The position numbers and the translations under genes are program-made. Shown here one piece after another: positions 15,921 through 25,818 of a DNA stretch of 38,346 bases. Each line of letters opens with the position of its first letter. The first letter of the stretch is position 1. The notes under the pieces were generated by a model. It ran no database searches. It was not told the origin of the DNA and saw only the letters and a program-made list of their open reading frames with translations. The stretch covers positions 1 to 38,346 of the forward strand of contig JBNJGH010000025.1 of assembly GCA_051747585.1 (NCBI GenBank). The letters are read 5' to 3'. The DNA is from Candidatus Rifleibacteriota bacterium. GTDB lineage: Bacteria; Muiribacteriota; Ozemobacteria; Ozemobacterales; Ozemobacteraceae.

Positions 15921-17870
15921 ATGAATTTTGTTCGTAATCGCTTAGAATCTGTTTTAATAATTGCGGTGTCACTCCTCTTTTTGCTGTTAAACTGCAAAAT
16001 TTCGGCTGCAAACAAATTTAATTCCGAACGCTTCAAATGCCCTTTATGCAATATCGATTTTTCAGTATTTGCTGAAACTAAGTCTGATACAGACAGTGCC
16101 ATGGCGATTGACGGCCAACCCCTCTCATTCAAACCAGCGCCTCTGCCACAATGCCCTCTTTGCGGCGGTGTTTTTACCCGCAAAAATTATACTGAAAAAG
16201 AAATCAACGAACTAAAAAGAATCGTCTGGTCTAAAGCCTACCAAAAGACTGGTTCTGAAAGCAGTTTATGGAAAAGCGCCATTATTAAAGAGCGTATGTT
16301 TTATTCTGATTACGATCTTTTTGTTGCCTGGCATAAAGCTGCGCTGCAGGAAAATTCAGGAAGCAATAAACACAAACTTGCACTTGATAAAGCTGCTTTT
16401 CATCTTAAAAACTGGCTTATTCTTCAAAATGAAGCTGCAAGTAAAGAAACAGCCAAAAATTACCTCAAACTCGCTGATATTTTGCGGCAAGCAGAAAACT
16501 TCAATGAAGCACAAAAGCAATTAGAAAAAGTAAAAAACATTAATATCAATGAATTGCAACCTGTCATTCGCAAAGAACAACAGCTTATAAAAGACAAAAA
16601 TACCAGGCGTGTAGCCGCTCCTGATGGCAATCGCCTACATCAGGCAATTGCAGCGGGGAACAGAGAAGAAGTTAAATCTCTGCTAAAAAATCGAGAGCTG
16701 TTGAGTGAATCTGATTTACAGGGCAACACCCCTTTGTTGCTTGCGGTAAAGTTAAAAAAGCCGCAAATAGTTTCTTTATTGTTAAAAAATGGCGCATCAA
16801 CCGGCAGTACAGATATTGAATTGCATTCACCCCTGCATGAAGCAACGCAAAACAATGATTTAACAATGCTCAATACCCTTCTTAAAGCTAACCCGGTAAT
16901 TAACAGTAAAAACAGATCAGGGCAGACAGCTATACATGTTGCTGCCAAAAACTGCTACCCCGAAGCTTTTTCACTTTTATTAAGGCACAATGCCGACATC
17001 AACCTGACCGACTCTGCAGGCAACAGTGTTCTTCATCTGGTCTGCACAGGCACAGAAACTGCAAGAGTCAGCATTTGCAAAAAAATTCTTGAATTAAATC
17101 CGCAAATAAATTCACGCAATTTTTCTGATTACACGCCACTCCATATCGCTGCAATAAACGGCTCTAAAGAGCTGATAACGACACTTGTAAGAGCAGGTGC
17201 TGATATTGACTCCAGACTTCCTAATGGAAACACAGCACTTTTTTTCTGCAAAACAGACCTCATTCCTCATTTTCTAACTCTTGGCGCAAACCCCGAATTA
17301 AAAAACAATCAGGGTTTGACTCCATTTGATTATGCGCTGCTTAATGGCATAAAAAAGCGCATACATGCTTTCAGAAAGGTTCTTCAAAAGCAGAACAAAA
17401 TCAGCAGTACCGCCTCGGCCTCTTTAAAATCTTTACACAAAGCAATAAGAAACGGAAAAATCGATCTAGTTAATAAACTGGTAGGCCAAAATCCGGAAAT
17501 AGTTAATTACAAAGATATTAAACTTGGCGAGACTGCTTTGCACATAGCAGCTGAAGCAAATCAAACTGCAATCGCAAAGTTTTTGCTGAAAAATAACGCC
17601 AAAATCAATTGTTACAATCATTTCGCGCGAACACCTCTCCATTATACCGCCATGCAGGGCAATTTAAATCTGGTAAAAACACTTATTGAGGCGGGTGCAA
17701 ACCTCTTTGCAGTAGACTTAAGAGGCTCAACTCCTCTGCACGATGCGGCAACAAGTGGCGACATCGAAACCTATCAATATCTAATTAGAGCAGGAGCGGT
17801 CGACAGCACAAAGAACAATGCTGGCCGGTCTCCCAAAGACATATTTAATGAAAACAAAGAAGAAAATTAA
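15921..17870 (+). CDS. Exported ankyrin-repeat protein with an N-terminal DUF2225-like Zn-ribbon/TPR region
   Basis: Hydrophobic signal/anchor, CPLC...CPLC, YLKLADILRQ.ENFNEA TPR-like helix, and many G.TPLH/TALH ankyrin repeats. Confidence 0.88.
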   Translation: MNFVRNRLESVLIIAVSLLFLLLNCKISAANKFNSERFKCPLCNIDFSVFAETKSDTDSAMAIDGQPLSFKPAPLPQCPLCGGVFTRKNYTEKEINELKRIVWSKAYQKTGSESSLWKSAIIKERMFYSDYDLFVAWHKAALQENSGSNKHKLALDKAAFHLKNWLILQNEAASKETAKNYLKLADILRQAENFNEAQKQLEKVKNININELQPVIRKEQQLIKDKNTRRVAAPDGNRLHQAIAAGNREEVKSLLKNRELLSESDLQGNTPLLLAVKLKKPQIVSLLLKNGASTGSTDIELHSPLHEATQNNDLTMLNTLLKANPVINSKNRSGQTAIHVAAKNCYPEAFSLLLRHNADINLTDSAGNSVLHLVCTGTETARVSICKKILELNPQINSRNFSDYTPLHIAAINGSKELITTLVRAGADIDSRLPNGNTALFFCKTDLIPHFLTLGANPELKNNQGLTPFDYALLNGIKKRIHAFRKVLQKQNKISSTASASLKSLHKAIRNGKIDLVNKLVGQNPEIVNYKDIKLGETALHIAAEANQTAIAKFLLKNNAKINCYNHFARTPLHYTAMQGNLNLVKTLIEAGANLFAVDLRGSTPLHDAATSGDIETYQYLIRAGAVDSTKNNAGRSPKDIFNENKEEN

Positions 17871-17886
17871 ATAATAAAAAAATCTC

Positions 17887-17930
17887 ACCACCGAGATCAC
17901 AGAGTGCACCGAGGTGATTTTTTAATCTTT
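17887..17930. repeat. Solo copy of the CAC(A/C)GAG terminal repeat, inverted relative to 15848-15892
   Basis: ACCACCGAGATCACAGAGTGCACCGAGGTGATTTTTTAATCTTT matches the reverse complement of 15848-15892 with 7 mismatches and 1 gap. Confidence 0.75.
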
Positions 17931-17986
17931 ATTCTTAAACGAGTTGATAGTCGCTGACCGAAAATTGCTAAATAGCTAATTAAAGT

Positions 17987-18015
17987 TTGGTTAATAGAGG
18001 ATTTTCGAGTATAAT
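17987..18015 (+). promoter_or_regulatory. Putative sigma70 promoter of the DUF2760-Hsp70 operon
   Basis: TTGGTT-17 nt-TATAAT, 47 bp upstream of the ATG at 18063. Confidence 0.5.
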
Positions 18016-18062
18016 TTTCACTGCCTTAAAATGAAAATTAAAAATTAACTGCGAGGTCAATA

Positions 18063-19205
18063 ATGAAAAAAGCCACAGCTTTTTTATCTTTTATAGGATT
18101 TCTATTTATACCCATTATCTATTTCGTTAAATTTCATTCCAATCCAGAATTGTTACGGCCTTTACTGGAATGGCTTAAAACACTTATACCGGCAGCATAT
18201 CATTCAACCGCATTGATTGCCGGTGCGCTATTCTGGTTAACCGGTTTTATAACTTCGATTGCGGGAATGTTCGCCGGCAAAAAAATCGAAACTGAGCCCG
18301 AAGAAAACAAAACAGAACAAGTTGTGCGTGAACCGGAAAAAGCAGAAACCAAAGAAATAAAAGAAAACGAAGAAAACGAACAAAACGAAAAGATGGTTCC
18401 CGAATCTGAGCTGATCGAAAAAAACAAAGCCTTTGAGCATGCAGAAATGAAAATAACAACCCTTGAATCTGAAATAGAAAATTTCAAAGCCCAGCTCGAA
18501 AAATTTAAGGCTGTCGAAACCGAAAAGGTTGAAGTCGATGATTTAAAGAATGATTTGACTAACACTCAAAAAGCTTTAAAAGCAAGCGAGGAAAAAGAGA
18601 AAAAATTAGAACTCGAGCTTGAAGCGCTGGCTACAAAAATTAACACTTCTCAAGAAAACCTGGAGAAAACCCGCAAAGAAAAAGAAAAGGTCGCAGGCAA
18701 ATTAAAAACCGCTGAAAACCAGTTTAACGAAATGTCTGATAAGTATTCTGAATTAAAAGAAGAAAACGATAGATTGAACGAAGAGCTCAGAGCGGCCGAA
18801 GCCGATGCCAAAAGCGGCAAACACGGCATACCGCCGGCTGCCTACCAGATTCTTTACCTGTTCCAGAAAGAAGGGCGCTTCATTGACTTGATGATGGAAG
18901 ACATTTCAGAATTCGATGATGAAACTCTCGGAGGAGCAATCAGACCTATACACGAAGGCTGTCACAAAATTTTAAAAGAAAGACTTATTATTGAGCCTGT
19001 TTTAAATGAAGAAGAAGGCAGTGAAATAACAATTGAAGAAGCTGACCCTGAATCTATAAAGCTTTCAGGCAATGTTCCCGCAGAAGGACCCTACAAAGGC
19101 GAACTGGTTCATAGAGGGTGGCGACTTAAAGAATGCCATCTTCCCGAACTGGTAGACGGATGGACCGGCAATGTAGTGGCTCCGGCTGAAATAGAAATTA
19201 ACTAA
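18063..19205 (+). CDS. DUF2760 domain protein with N-terminal TM helices and a long coiled coil
   Basis: Two hydrophobic segments and an E/K-rich heptad region. C-terminal FQKEGRFIDLMMEDI, GGAIRPIHEGC, LSGNV..EGPYKGELVHRGW and VVAPAEIE are characteristic of DUF2760. Confidence 0.85.
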   Translation: MKKATAFLSFIGFLFIPIIYFVKFHSNPELLRPLLEWLKTLIPAAYHSTALIAGALFWLTGFITSIAGMFAGKKIETEPEENKTEQVVREPEKAETKEIKENEENEQNEKMVPESELIEKNKAFEHAEMKITTLESEIENFKAQLEKFKAVETEKVEVDDLKNDLTNTQKALKASEEKEKKLELELEALATKINTSQENLEKTRKEKEKVAGKLKTAENQFNEMSDKYSELKEENDRLNEELRAAEADAKSGKHGIPPAAYQILYLFQKEGRFIDLMMEDISEFDDETLGGAIRPIHEGCHKILKERLIIEPVLNEEEGSEITIEEADPESIKLSGNVPAEGPYKGELVHRGWRLKECHLPELVDGWTGNVVAPAEIEIN

Positions 19206-19216
19206 GGAGAAGAATC

Positions 19217-21010
19217 ATGGCAAAAGCAAAATACATAGTTGGCATAGATCTGGGAACAACAAATATAGTAGTTACCAGCGCCCTGATTTCTGATTCCGAA
19301 AAAGAAGAAAAGCCCGAAATCTCAATTTTCCCTATTTTACAGGAACAGGCTAAAGGCGCAGTTGAAAAGCTCGAAAAAATGCCTTCTTTTTTGTTTGAAA
19401 GGCTCAAAGAAAAACCCGTTCTGCCATGGGATGAAGACTCAAAGTTTATAATCGGGGATTACGCCAGAGAGCGCGGAGCAGAAGTACCCGACCGACTTAT
19501 TTCTTCTGCAAAATCCTGGTTATGCAATACAAGAGTTGACAGAACAAAGCCTATTCTTCCCTGGAACGCCCCCGAAGATAACGAAAAAATTTCACCTCTG
19601 CAAGCTATTGCAGATTTTTTAAACCATGTTAGAGAAGCATGGAACCAGGAATATCCCAAAGACAAGCTTGAGAAACAAAAAGTTATTGTTACCATTCCCG
19701 CTTCTTTTGACGCCGCAGCCAGAGATTTGACCTTAGAGGCTGCAAAAACAGCCGGACTAGACGAGGTTACCCTTCTTGAAGAACCCCAGTCAGCATTTTA
19801 TTCCTGGATCGCCCAGAGCGACAAGCCCTGGCGCAAACAGGTAAAAAAAGGTGATGTAGTTCTTGTAGTCGATGTTGGAGGCGGAACAACTGACTTCAGC
19901 CTGATCGAAATAAATGAAGAAGAAGGCGATCTAACCCTGGAAAGAGTCGCAGTAGGAAACCACATCCTTCTTGGCGGCGACAACATGGACCTGACACTAG
20001 CTTATATTGCCCGCAAAAAGCTCGAAGAGAAAAAGAAAAAGGTCACGCAATGGCAGACCTTGCAACTGAGTCATCAATGCCGCAAAGCCAAAGAAGCTCT
20101 GTTAAGCGACGACAGCAAAGACTCTGTTTCGGTGGTAGTTTCTGGCAGAGGCAGCAGTGTAATCGCCGGTTCACTCAAAACAACAATCGAACGCGATGAT
20201 ATCGAGAAAACCCTTGTCGAAGGTTTTTTTCCAGACTGCAATATGGAGGACAAGCCTGATGAAGACATGGGTTCGGGGGTTCGCGAATCCAATCTGATGT
20301 ATGCGCCGGATGCAGCAATTACCAAACATCTGGCTCATTTTTTATGTAGCCAACAAACGGAAAATAAAGATTATTCATACCCTCAGGCCATTCTTTTTAA
20401 TGGCGGGGTGTTTCGTTCAGATATTTTCAGAAATCGCCTGATCGAAGTAATAAACAGCTGGCTGAAAAACGAAGAAAAAGAAGAAGTAAAAGTTCTCGAA
20501 GGCATAGAACTCTCTCAAGCTGTTGCAAGGGGTGCCTCATATTTTGGCATCGCTCGTGAAGGCCAGGGAATACGCATCAGAGGCGGCGTATCACAATCTT
20601 ATTATCTTGGCATTGAATCGTCACTGCCTGCAGTTCCAGGCTTCAAACCACCGATGAAAGCTCTTTGCGTAGCACAGCAGGGCACAGAAGAAGGAACCAC
20701 CAGCGCTATAAAAGATCGCTCATTTGGTCTGGTAATAGGCAAAAAAGCAGAATTCAAATTTTTTAAATCCAATTGTCGACGCGAAGATGAGTTCGGCAGC
20801 TTGATCGAAGAAATGACCGAGGAATTTGAAGAAACCAGCTCACTCGAAATCGAGCTAGAAGCTTATGAAGGGCTTAAAGCCGGTGATTTAGTAGACGTTA
20901 CCCTGGAAGTAAGTGTTACCGAAATAGGAACCCTTGAAATCTATTGTATAGCGAAAGAAGGCGATCACCGCTGGAAACTCGAATTCAATGTCAGGGATGC
21001 TATTAACTGA
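19217..21010 (+). CDS. Atypical Hsp70-family ATPase (non-DnaK)
   Basis: GIDLGTT, SAKSWLC, TIPASFD, LLEEPQSAFY, DVGGGTTDFS, LGGDNMD, LFNGG. C-terminus lacks the canonical DnaK substrate-binding motifs. Confidence 0.9.
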   Translation: MAKAKYIVGIDLGTTNIVVTSALISDSEKEEKPEISIFPILQEQAKGAVEKLEKMPSFLFERLKEKPVLPWDEDSKFIIGDYARERGAEVPDRLISSAKSWLCNTRVDRTKPILPWNAPEDNEKISPLQAIADFLNHVREAWNQEYPKDKLEKQKVIVTIPASFDAAARDLTLEAAKTAGLDEVTLLEEPQSAFYSWIAQSDKPWRKQVKKGDVVLVVDVGGGTTDFSLIEINEEEGDLTLERVAVGNHILLGGDNMDLTLAYIARKKLEEKKKKVTQWQTLQLSHQCRKAKEALLSDDSKDSVSVVVSGRGSSVIAGSLKTTIERDDIEKTLVEGFFPDCNMEDKPDEDMGSGVRESNLMYAPDAAITKHLAHFLCSQQTENKDYSYPQAILFNGGVFRSDIFRNRLIEVINSWLKNEEKEEVKVLEGIELSQAVARGASYFGIAREGQGIRIRGGVSQSYYLGIESSLPAVPGFKPPMKALCVAQQGTEEGTTSAIKDRSFGLVIGKKAEFKFFKSNCRREDEFGSLIEEMTEEFEETSSLEIELEAYEGLKAGDLVDVTLEVSVTEIGTLEIYCIAKEGDHRWKLEFNVRDAIN

Positions 21011-23760
21011 TGGCAGAAAAATCATCCGGAACAGCAAGATTTATTATAGGCATTGATCTGGGCACAACCCAATGCTCGGTCTCTTATGTCGACCTTGAAG
21101 ACAGCAATCTAAAGATAAAGAATTTCAAAATTCTACAGCTTGTAGGTGAAGGACAGGTAGAAGAACTGCCCACTTTACCTGCAGTTATTTATCTGCCCGA
21201 TGAAAAGCAGGAATTTTCGCGACCCGACTGGATGGATGAAAAGCAAATAATTGGAAGTTACGCCAGGGAGCTTGGTTATGAAGTGCCCTCTCGCTTTGTG
21301 CACAGTAGTAAATCCTGGCTCTGTCACCCCAGAATAGATCGTCGGGCATCGATTTTGCCCTGGCAAAGCGAGGCCGTCAGCGAAAAAATTTCTCCGGTAC
21401 AGGCCGCCACCGACTTTCTTAATCACATTATTCTGGCCTGGAACCACGAAATGCTACCTCAAAACGACGCCTTTGCCTTTAAACGTCAGAAAATTATTGT
21501 AACTGTGCCGGCCTCGTTTGACCCCTCGGCACGGAACCTGACCCTTGAAGCAATAGAAAAAGCAGGAATAGAATCTGTCTCGCTGCTCGAAGAACCCCAG
21601 GCAGCTTTTTACGATTACCTCTATCGCAACCCCAGACAGATGGTTCATGACCTGCAGGCAGTAGACAACATTCTGGTGGTTGATATAGGCGGAGGAACAA
21701 CAGATTTCAGTCTTATAAAAATTGACTGGTCAGCCGATAAAAACCACCCCGAATTTTCTCGACTTGCAGTTGGCCCTCATCTGCTGATAGGTGGCGACAA
21801 CCTGGATCTTACTCTAGCCAGAAAAGCAGAAGCCGCGTTTAAGCACAAAGGCAGAAAACTGGTTGCCAAACAATGGCTTTCAGTGCTCAGCCAAAGTCAC
21901 TTAATTAAAGAGCAGATTCTTTCTAATCAATTAACCGGCAAGGCTACCTTTTCTATAACCGGTGCAGGCAGTAAAATACTCTCGGGGGCAGCCTCGATAA
22001 AAATTGCAAGTTCCGAAATCAACAAGATGCTTATCGATGGATTCTTTCCTCTGGTTGAAGCTGATGAAAGACCAGACGAAGACAACAGCCTCGGAATTTC
22101 TGAAGCAGGGCTGCCATTCACTCGCGATCCGGCCATAACAAGGCATCTGGCCGCATTTCTTCATGAAAATAACATTATTCCAGATGCTGTTTTGTTTAAT
22201 GGCGGCACCATGAAAGCGGATTGCCTCAGAGATAGAATCTACGAAGTTCTTTCTATCTGGAAAGGGCGAGAGCCAAAAATTCTCGAAAATCCGCACCCCA
22301 CGCTTGCCGTATCGGCAGGTGCAGCATATTACGGCATGGTTTCTCTCGGCCTGGGGCAGAGAATCCAAAGCGGAAACCCTGTGTCTATCTATTTAGGCAT
22401 TGGTACATCCAAATCATCAACAGCCGCAAAGCACGTTCCTCAACAGCTCATGTGCGTATTACCCAAAGGCTGCGAAACAGAAAAAGAATACAGGGTTGCC
22501 GACAAAACCTTTGGCATCGATCTGAGCCGTGATTCAGCCTTTTATCTTTACTATACTCCCAATCCTCCCAAAGCAGAACAACTGGGCCGGGTAATTAGAT
22601 TCAATTCAAAACGCTATCGGCCTTTGCCTTCATGCAGACTTAAAGCCAAAACCGGTAAAGGCGAAAAACAGGTAGAATTGCGAGTAAAGTTACGAGAAAC
22701 AGGCTATATGCAGATTTTCTGCGACGAAAAATCCGGCTCTTTTTCGCAGGAACTACGTTTCGATATTACCGAAGGCGAACAAAACAGTCAGCCAAAAGCA
22801 AACAATAAACGGCGCATTCCATTCACGGCCCGACAGCTGCAAAGTCTTAAAAAAACTTTGCAGTCAGCATTCGATGGCGAGCTTGAATATAATCGCCTCT
22901 TTAAAGAAATAGAAGACACCTTGGGATCACGCCGTTCGGAGTGGGATACAGAAATGCTGCGCAAACTTTTTGATTTTTTTATTGAATATGAGCAGGAATT
23001 CACCCGAAACCAGCCGGCACACACTCAATGGTTCCGCCTATTGGGCTTCTGCTTAAGACCTGGCTTTGGTGCCCGTGATGACGTCAAAAGAGTCGATCGC
23101 ATCTGGCAGATGCATGATCTGGAATTTACTTATAAAAATCCCGAGTTCTGGTCTGACTGGTGGGTTATGTGGAAAAGAACAGCCCCAGGTTTAAGCCTTG
23201 AACGACAGAATATATTGAAAAATATTATAGAGCCTCTTTTATTTCCTCCCAAAAAGCAGGCAAAAGAAATGCGGCCGATAAGCCAACATGAAAGAAACCA
23301 GATCTGGCGTTTGCTCGGCAACCTTGAGCGTATTGCCGTAGAAGAAAAAGAGCGACTTGGCTGGTGGGCGCTAAAAGCCCCGCCCAGTTATGGCAAAGAC
23401 CAGCTGGCGCTGCATGCTGTTGGCAGATTGGGCGCTCGCTTACTTGCCTATGCCCCAGACACTGCTTTAGTACCCCAGTCAACCGCAAATGACTGGGTAG
23501 CGCAACTTTTAAGAAAATCCTGGCCGGGCAATTCTTACCTGGACTGGGCCTTGAAAGAAATAGGGCGCAAAACCGGAGATAAGCTGGTACAAATCGATGA
23601 TGTTTTACGAAAAAAAATCGTCGATTTATTTAAAAAGAAAAAGCGTAAGAAAAACTTCATTGCGCCACTGGTTAAAACCGCAAAATTAAGCGACAAAGAC
23701 CTTTCCGAATTCACCGGCGACAGCCTCCCGTCTGGCTTTGTCTGGGTAAAAGAAGCTTAA
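21010..23760 (+). CDS. Atypical Hsp70-family ATPase with a C-terminal DUF3731-like helical domain
   Basis: Same nucleotide-binding motifs as the upstream paralog, plus ~330 extra aa containing WFRLLGFCLRPGFG..DD..R, WWVMWKR.APGL and GRLGAR. Coupled to the upstream gene by a TGATG overlap. Confidence 0.88.
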   Translation: MAEKSSGTARFIIGIDLGTTQCSVSYVDLEDSNLKIKNFKILQLVGEGQVEELPTLPAVIYLPDEKQEFSRPDWMDEKQIIGSYARELGYEVPSRFVHSSKSWLCHPRIDRRASILPWQSEAVSEKISPVQAATDFLNHIILAWNHEMLPQNDAFAFKRQKIIVTVPASFDPSARNLTLEAIEKAGIESVSLLEEPQAAFYDYLYRNPRQMVHDLQAVDNILVVDIGGGTTDFSLIKIDWSADKNHPEFSRLAVGPHLLIGGDNLDLTLARKAEAAFKHKGRKLVAKQWLSVLSQSHLIKEQILSNQLTGKATFSITGAGSKILSGAASIKIASSEINKMLIDGFFPLVEADERPDEDNSLGISEAGLPFTRDPAITRHLAAFLHENNIIPDAVLFNGGTMKADCLRDRIYEVLSIWKGREPKILENPHPTLAVSAGAAYYGMVSLGLGQRIQSGNPVSIYLGIGTSKSSTAAKHVPQQLMCVLPKGCETEKEYRVADKTFGIDLSRDSAFYLYYTPNPPKAEQLGRVIRFNSKRYRPLPSCRLKAKTGKGEKQVELRVKLRETGYMQIFCDEKSGSFSQELRFDITEGEQNSQPKANNKRRIPFTARQLQSLKKTLQSAFDGELEYNRLFKEIEDTLGSRRSEWDTEMLRKLFDFFIEYEQEFTRNQPAHTQWFRLLGFCLRPGFGARDDVKRVDRIWQMHDLEFTYKNPEFWSDWWVMWKRTAPGLSLERQNILKNIIEPLLFPPKKQAKEMRPISQHERNQIWRLLGNLERIAVEEKERLGWWALKAPPSYGKDQLALHAVGRLGARLLAYAPDTALVPQSTANDWVAQLLRKSWPGNSYLDWALKEIGRKTGDKLVQIDDVLRKKIVDLFKKKKRKKNFIAPLVKTAKLSDKDLSEFTGDSLPSGFVWVKEA

Positions 23761-24725
23761 TAAGAGTCATAAAGCTTCTTTTCGAGGGGTTCTTTTAAAT
23801 AAAGCTCCATTAAACCGTTAATTGCCATGGGCAAAGAAAGACTCGAGCTTCTAAACCTGGTTTCGCCTTCCTTAACAGCTATTCGTGGCGGTTCGCTGTT
23901 GGCCTGATACTTGCCTTCACCATAACCTATAGCCAAACTACCCTTTTTTAATTTCAAATTAAATTTGATCTCTGACTCTTCTTTAAGATTCCACTTTATT
24001 GTTCCGTTCCGGGGTTCCAGAGAAACCGTATCAACTTTATTTAAAGTATCATCCAAAGCGGCTTCTACTATCTTGAGTTCTGTTGTCGGCATAAGTTCAA
24101 TAACTGCATTCTCTGCGATAATGAGATTACAGGGAAACCTTTCGGTTTTAATTGTCATGCCTTCAGTTACGTTAAACTCTCGTCTGATATTTTCATCCCA
24201 GTCTGTATCAATCTTTTCTCTGGTAAAAACGGGAGGTCGTTCGGTAGAGCAGGAGAAAGTTTTGATTTTTTTTATTCTATTCTGCTCCTGCTTTTCAGCA
24301 AGCTCGTTTGTCTTTATTACAAGATGGTAAATAATAAATATACCCATAAGAACTATACCGAATCTGGTAATTTTGTTTCTGAGCTCTTCTGATCTGGCCT
24401 GGGCTTCAGCCTGAGCCTTCTCGGAAAAAAACTTAGCCTTCTGCACTCTGACAAAAATTTCTCGAATCTCGTCTTCGTTGTAACCTCGCTTTGCCAGACT
24501 CGAAACCAGAATACGCATTCGATTCTTTTCTTTGAACATTCCTTTGAGTTCATCGCCATAAGCTGCTTCAAACCAGAATTTAGCAGCCTCTGGATCTGCT
24601 GCCTCATCGTCTATTTTCACTTCAGATATACCAAGAATTTTATCGGCAAGCTCATCGGGTGAAAGTCCGCGCAATTCTAAAGGATCATTACTTCTCTCTT
24701 TTTTACTTTTGTCTTTAGTTGCCAA
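23757..24725 (-). CDS. Bitopic membrane protein with a periplasmic FecR-like beta-rich domain
   Basis: Charged N-terminus, one TM (ITRFGIVLMGIFIIYHLVI), then G..IKT......L......I.L...T.L.I and a final I.VKEG, which resemble FecR. TTG at 24725 follows GGAG (ORF track start is 24755). Confidence 0.55.
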   Translation of the reverse strand: MATKDKSKKERSNDPLELRGLSPDELADKILGISEVKIDDEAADPEAAKFWFEAAYGDELKGMFKEKNRMRILVSSLAKRGYNEDEIREIFVRVQKAKFFSEKAQAEAQARSEELRNKITRFGIVLMGIFIIYHLVIKTNELAEKQEQNRIKKIKTFSCSTERPPVFTREKIDTDWDENIRREFNVTEGMTIKTERFPCNLIIAENAVIELMPTTELKIVEAALDDTLNKVDTVSLEPRNGTIKWNLKEESEIKFNLKLKKGSLAIGYGEGKYQANSEPPRIAVKEGETRFRSSSLSLPMAINGLMELYLKEPLEKKLYDSY

Positions 24726-25818
24726 TTTTAAACTCCATAAGCTTAATTCTATCAATTATTCGATTAATATCCGAAGACTCAACCATAAAATAAGCCGACC
24801 AGGCCTCAAATATACTGTCTTTCGGCAAAAAGCCGTTTTCTATTTTTTCTGTTTCCTGGACACCAAAACCAAATGGACTTAACCAGTATGTTCTGTTAAA
24901 CACAACCGGAAATCCGGCAACAACAGGAATCTGGGGCAAGTGCCAGTATTTTTCTATATTTACCAGATTACTTTTACTCGAGCCACCGGCTGCCTGACGA
25001 TCTGGATTGATAAGCATCCTTTCCTGATAGACATAATCTACTGCTGCATAGGTTTTATGAAACTCTTTTTTTGGTATCTTTTTATTCGCCAGCTTACAAA
25101 GCTTATTGTAATAACCTTCTAATCGCTTTAAATCTGTGTAAATTGTGCGATTTATAAGTGAGGGTTTATTAGCTGAAAACTTTAATTTTGCAGTCATAGA
25201 AGCAAGCAAATCTGATTTCGCCGGAAAAATCTCATGCTCTGTATCTGAAGCAACAAAACCCAAACCAAGTTGGAATTCTCTATCCAGAAAACTTGAAGGA
25301 TAACCTGAAGTCTTTTCATTCAGCGCTGATCTAACCTGCTTTTCTATTTCTTGGGCAGGTTTTTTTAACCATAAATAAAACTTCAGCTGAAGATGAAACC
25401 AGTCGAAATATAAGCTGAAATGATCTGGCTGCGGCTTATTCAAAGCTTCTACACAAGCCATAATCGCCTTATCATATAGATCTTTTTTAATAAAACCGCT
25501 GATTATCCAATAATCGGGACTTTTTGCCAGCGGCCAGCTACCATTATCTTTTATTAACTGCCGAAAGACTTTGTATAACCTGTTATTCAAGGCTTTCTTT
25601 TCAGTTTTCTGTTTTGCTTTATCTTGCTTCAACTTTTCGTTATCTTCAACGTGGGGAACTCTAAGAACAGACTCTGAAATATCAGGGTCAGAAACGGTAA
25701 AAGTATTTTCGACCGACGGCGGTAAATCGACTTGCTGTTTCTTTTTGTAATCAAAATAATGCTTTAATGCGAAAACAAAGCATATTATGCATATTACAAG
25801 GACCAGCAACTTCTTCAC
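24715..25818 (-). CDS. Hypothetical N-terminally membrane-anchored protein
   Basis: 367-aa ORF beginning MKK plus a hydrophobic helix, translationally coupled on both sides. Confidence 0.75.
   Translation of the reverse strand: MKKLLVLVICIICFVFALKHYFDYKKKQQVDLPPSVENTFTVSDPDISESVLRVPHVEDNEKLKQDKAKQKTEKKALNNRLYKVFRQLIKDNGSWPLAKSPDYWIISGFIKKDLYDKAIMACVEALNKPQPDHFSLYFDWFHLQLKFYLWLKKPAQEIEKQVRSALNEKTSGYPSSFLDREFQLGLGFVASDTEHEIFPAKSDLLASMTAKLKFSANKPSLINRTIYTDLKRLEGYYNKLCKLANKKIPKKEFHKTYAAVDYVYQERMLINPDRQAAGGSSKSNLVNIEKYWHLPQIPVVAGFPVVFNRTYWLSPFGFGVQETEKIENGFLPKDSIFEAWSAYFMVESSDINRIIDRIKLMEFKIGN

Noticed and set aside
19217..23760. Housekeeping dnaK or hscA
   Set aside because: Divergent motifs, no canonical substrate-binding domain, and no dnaJ, grpE, hrcA or isc context. 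Gene symbol withheld.
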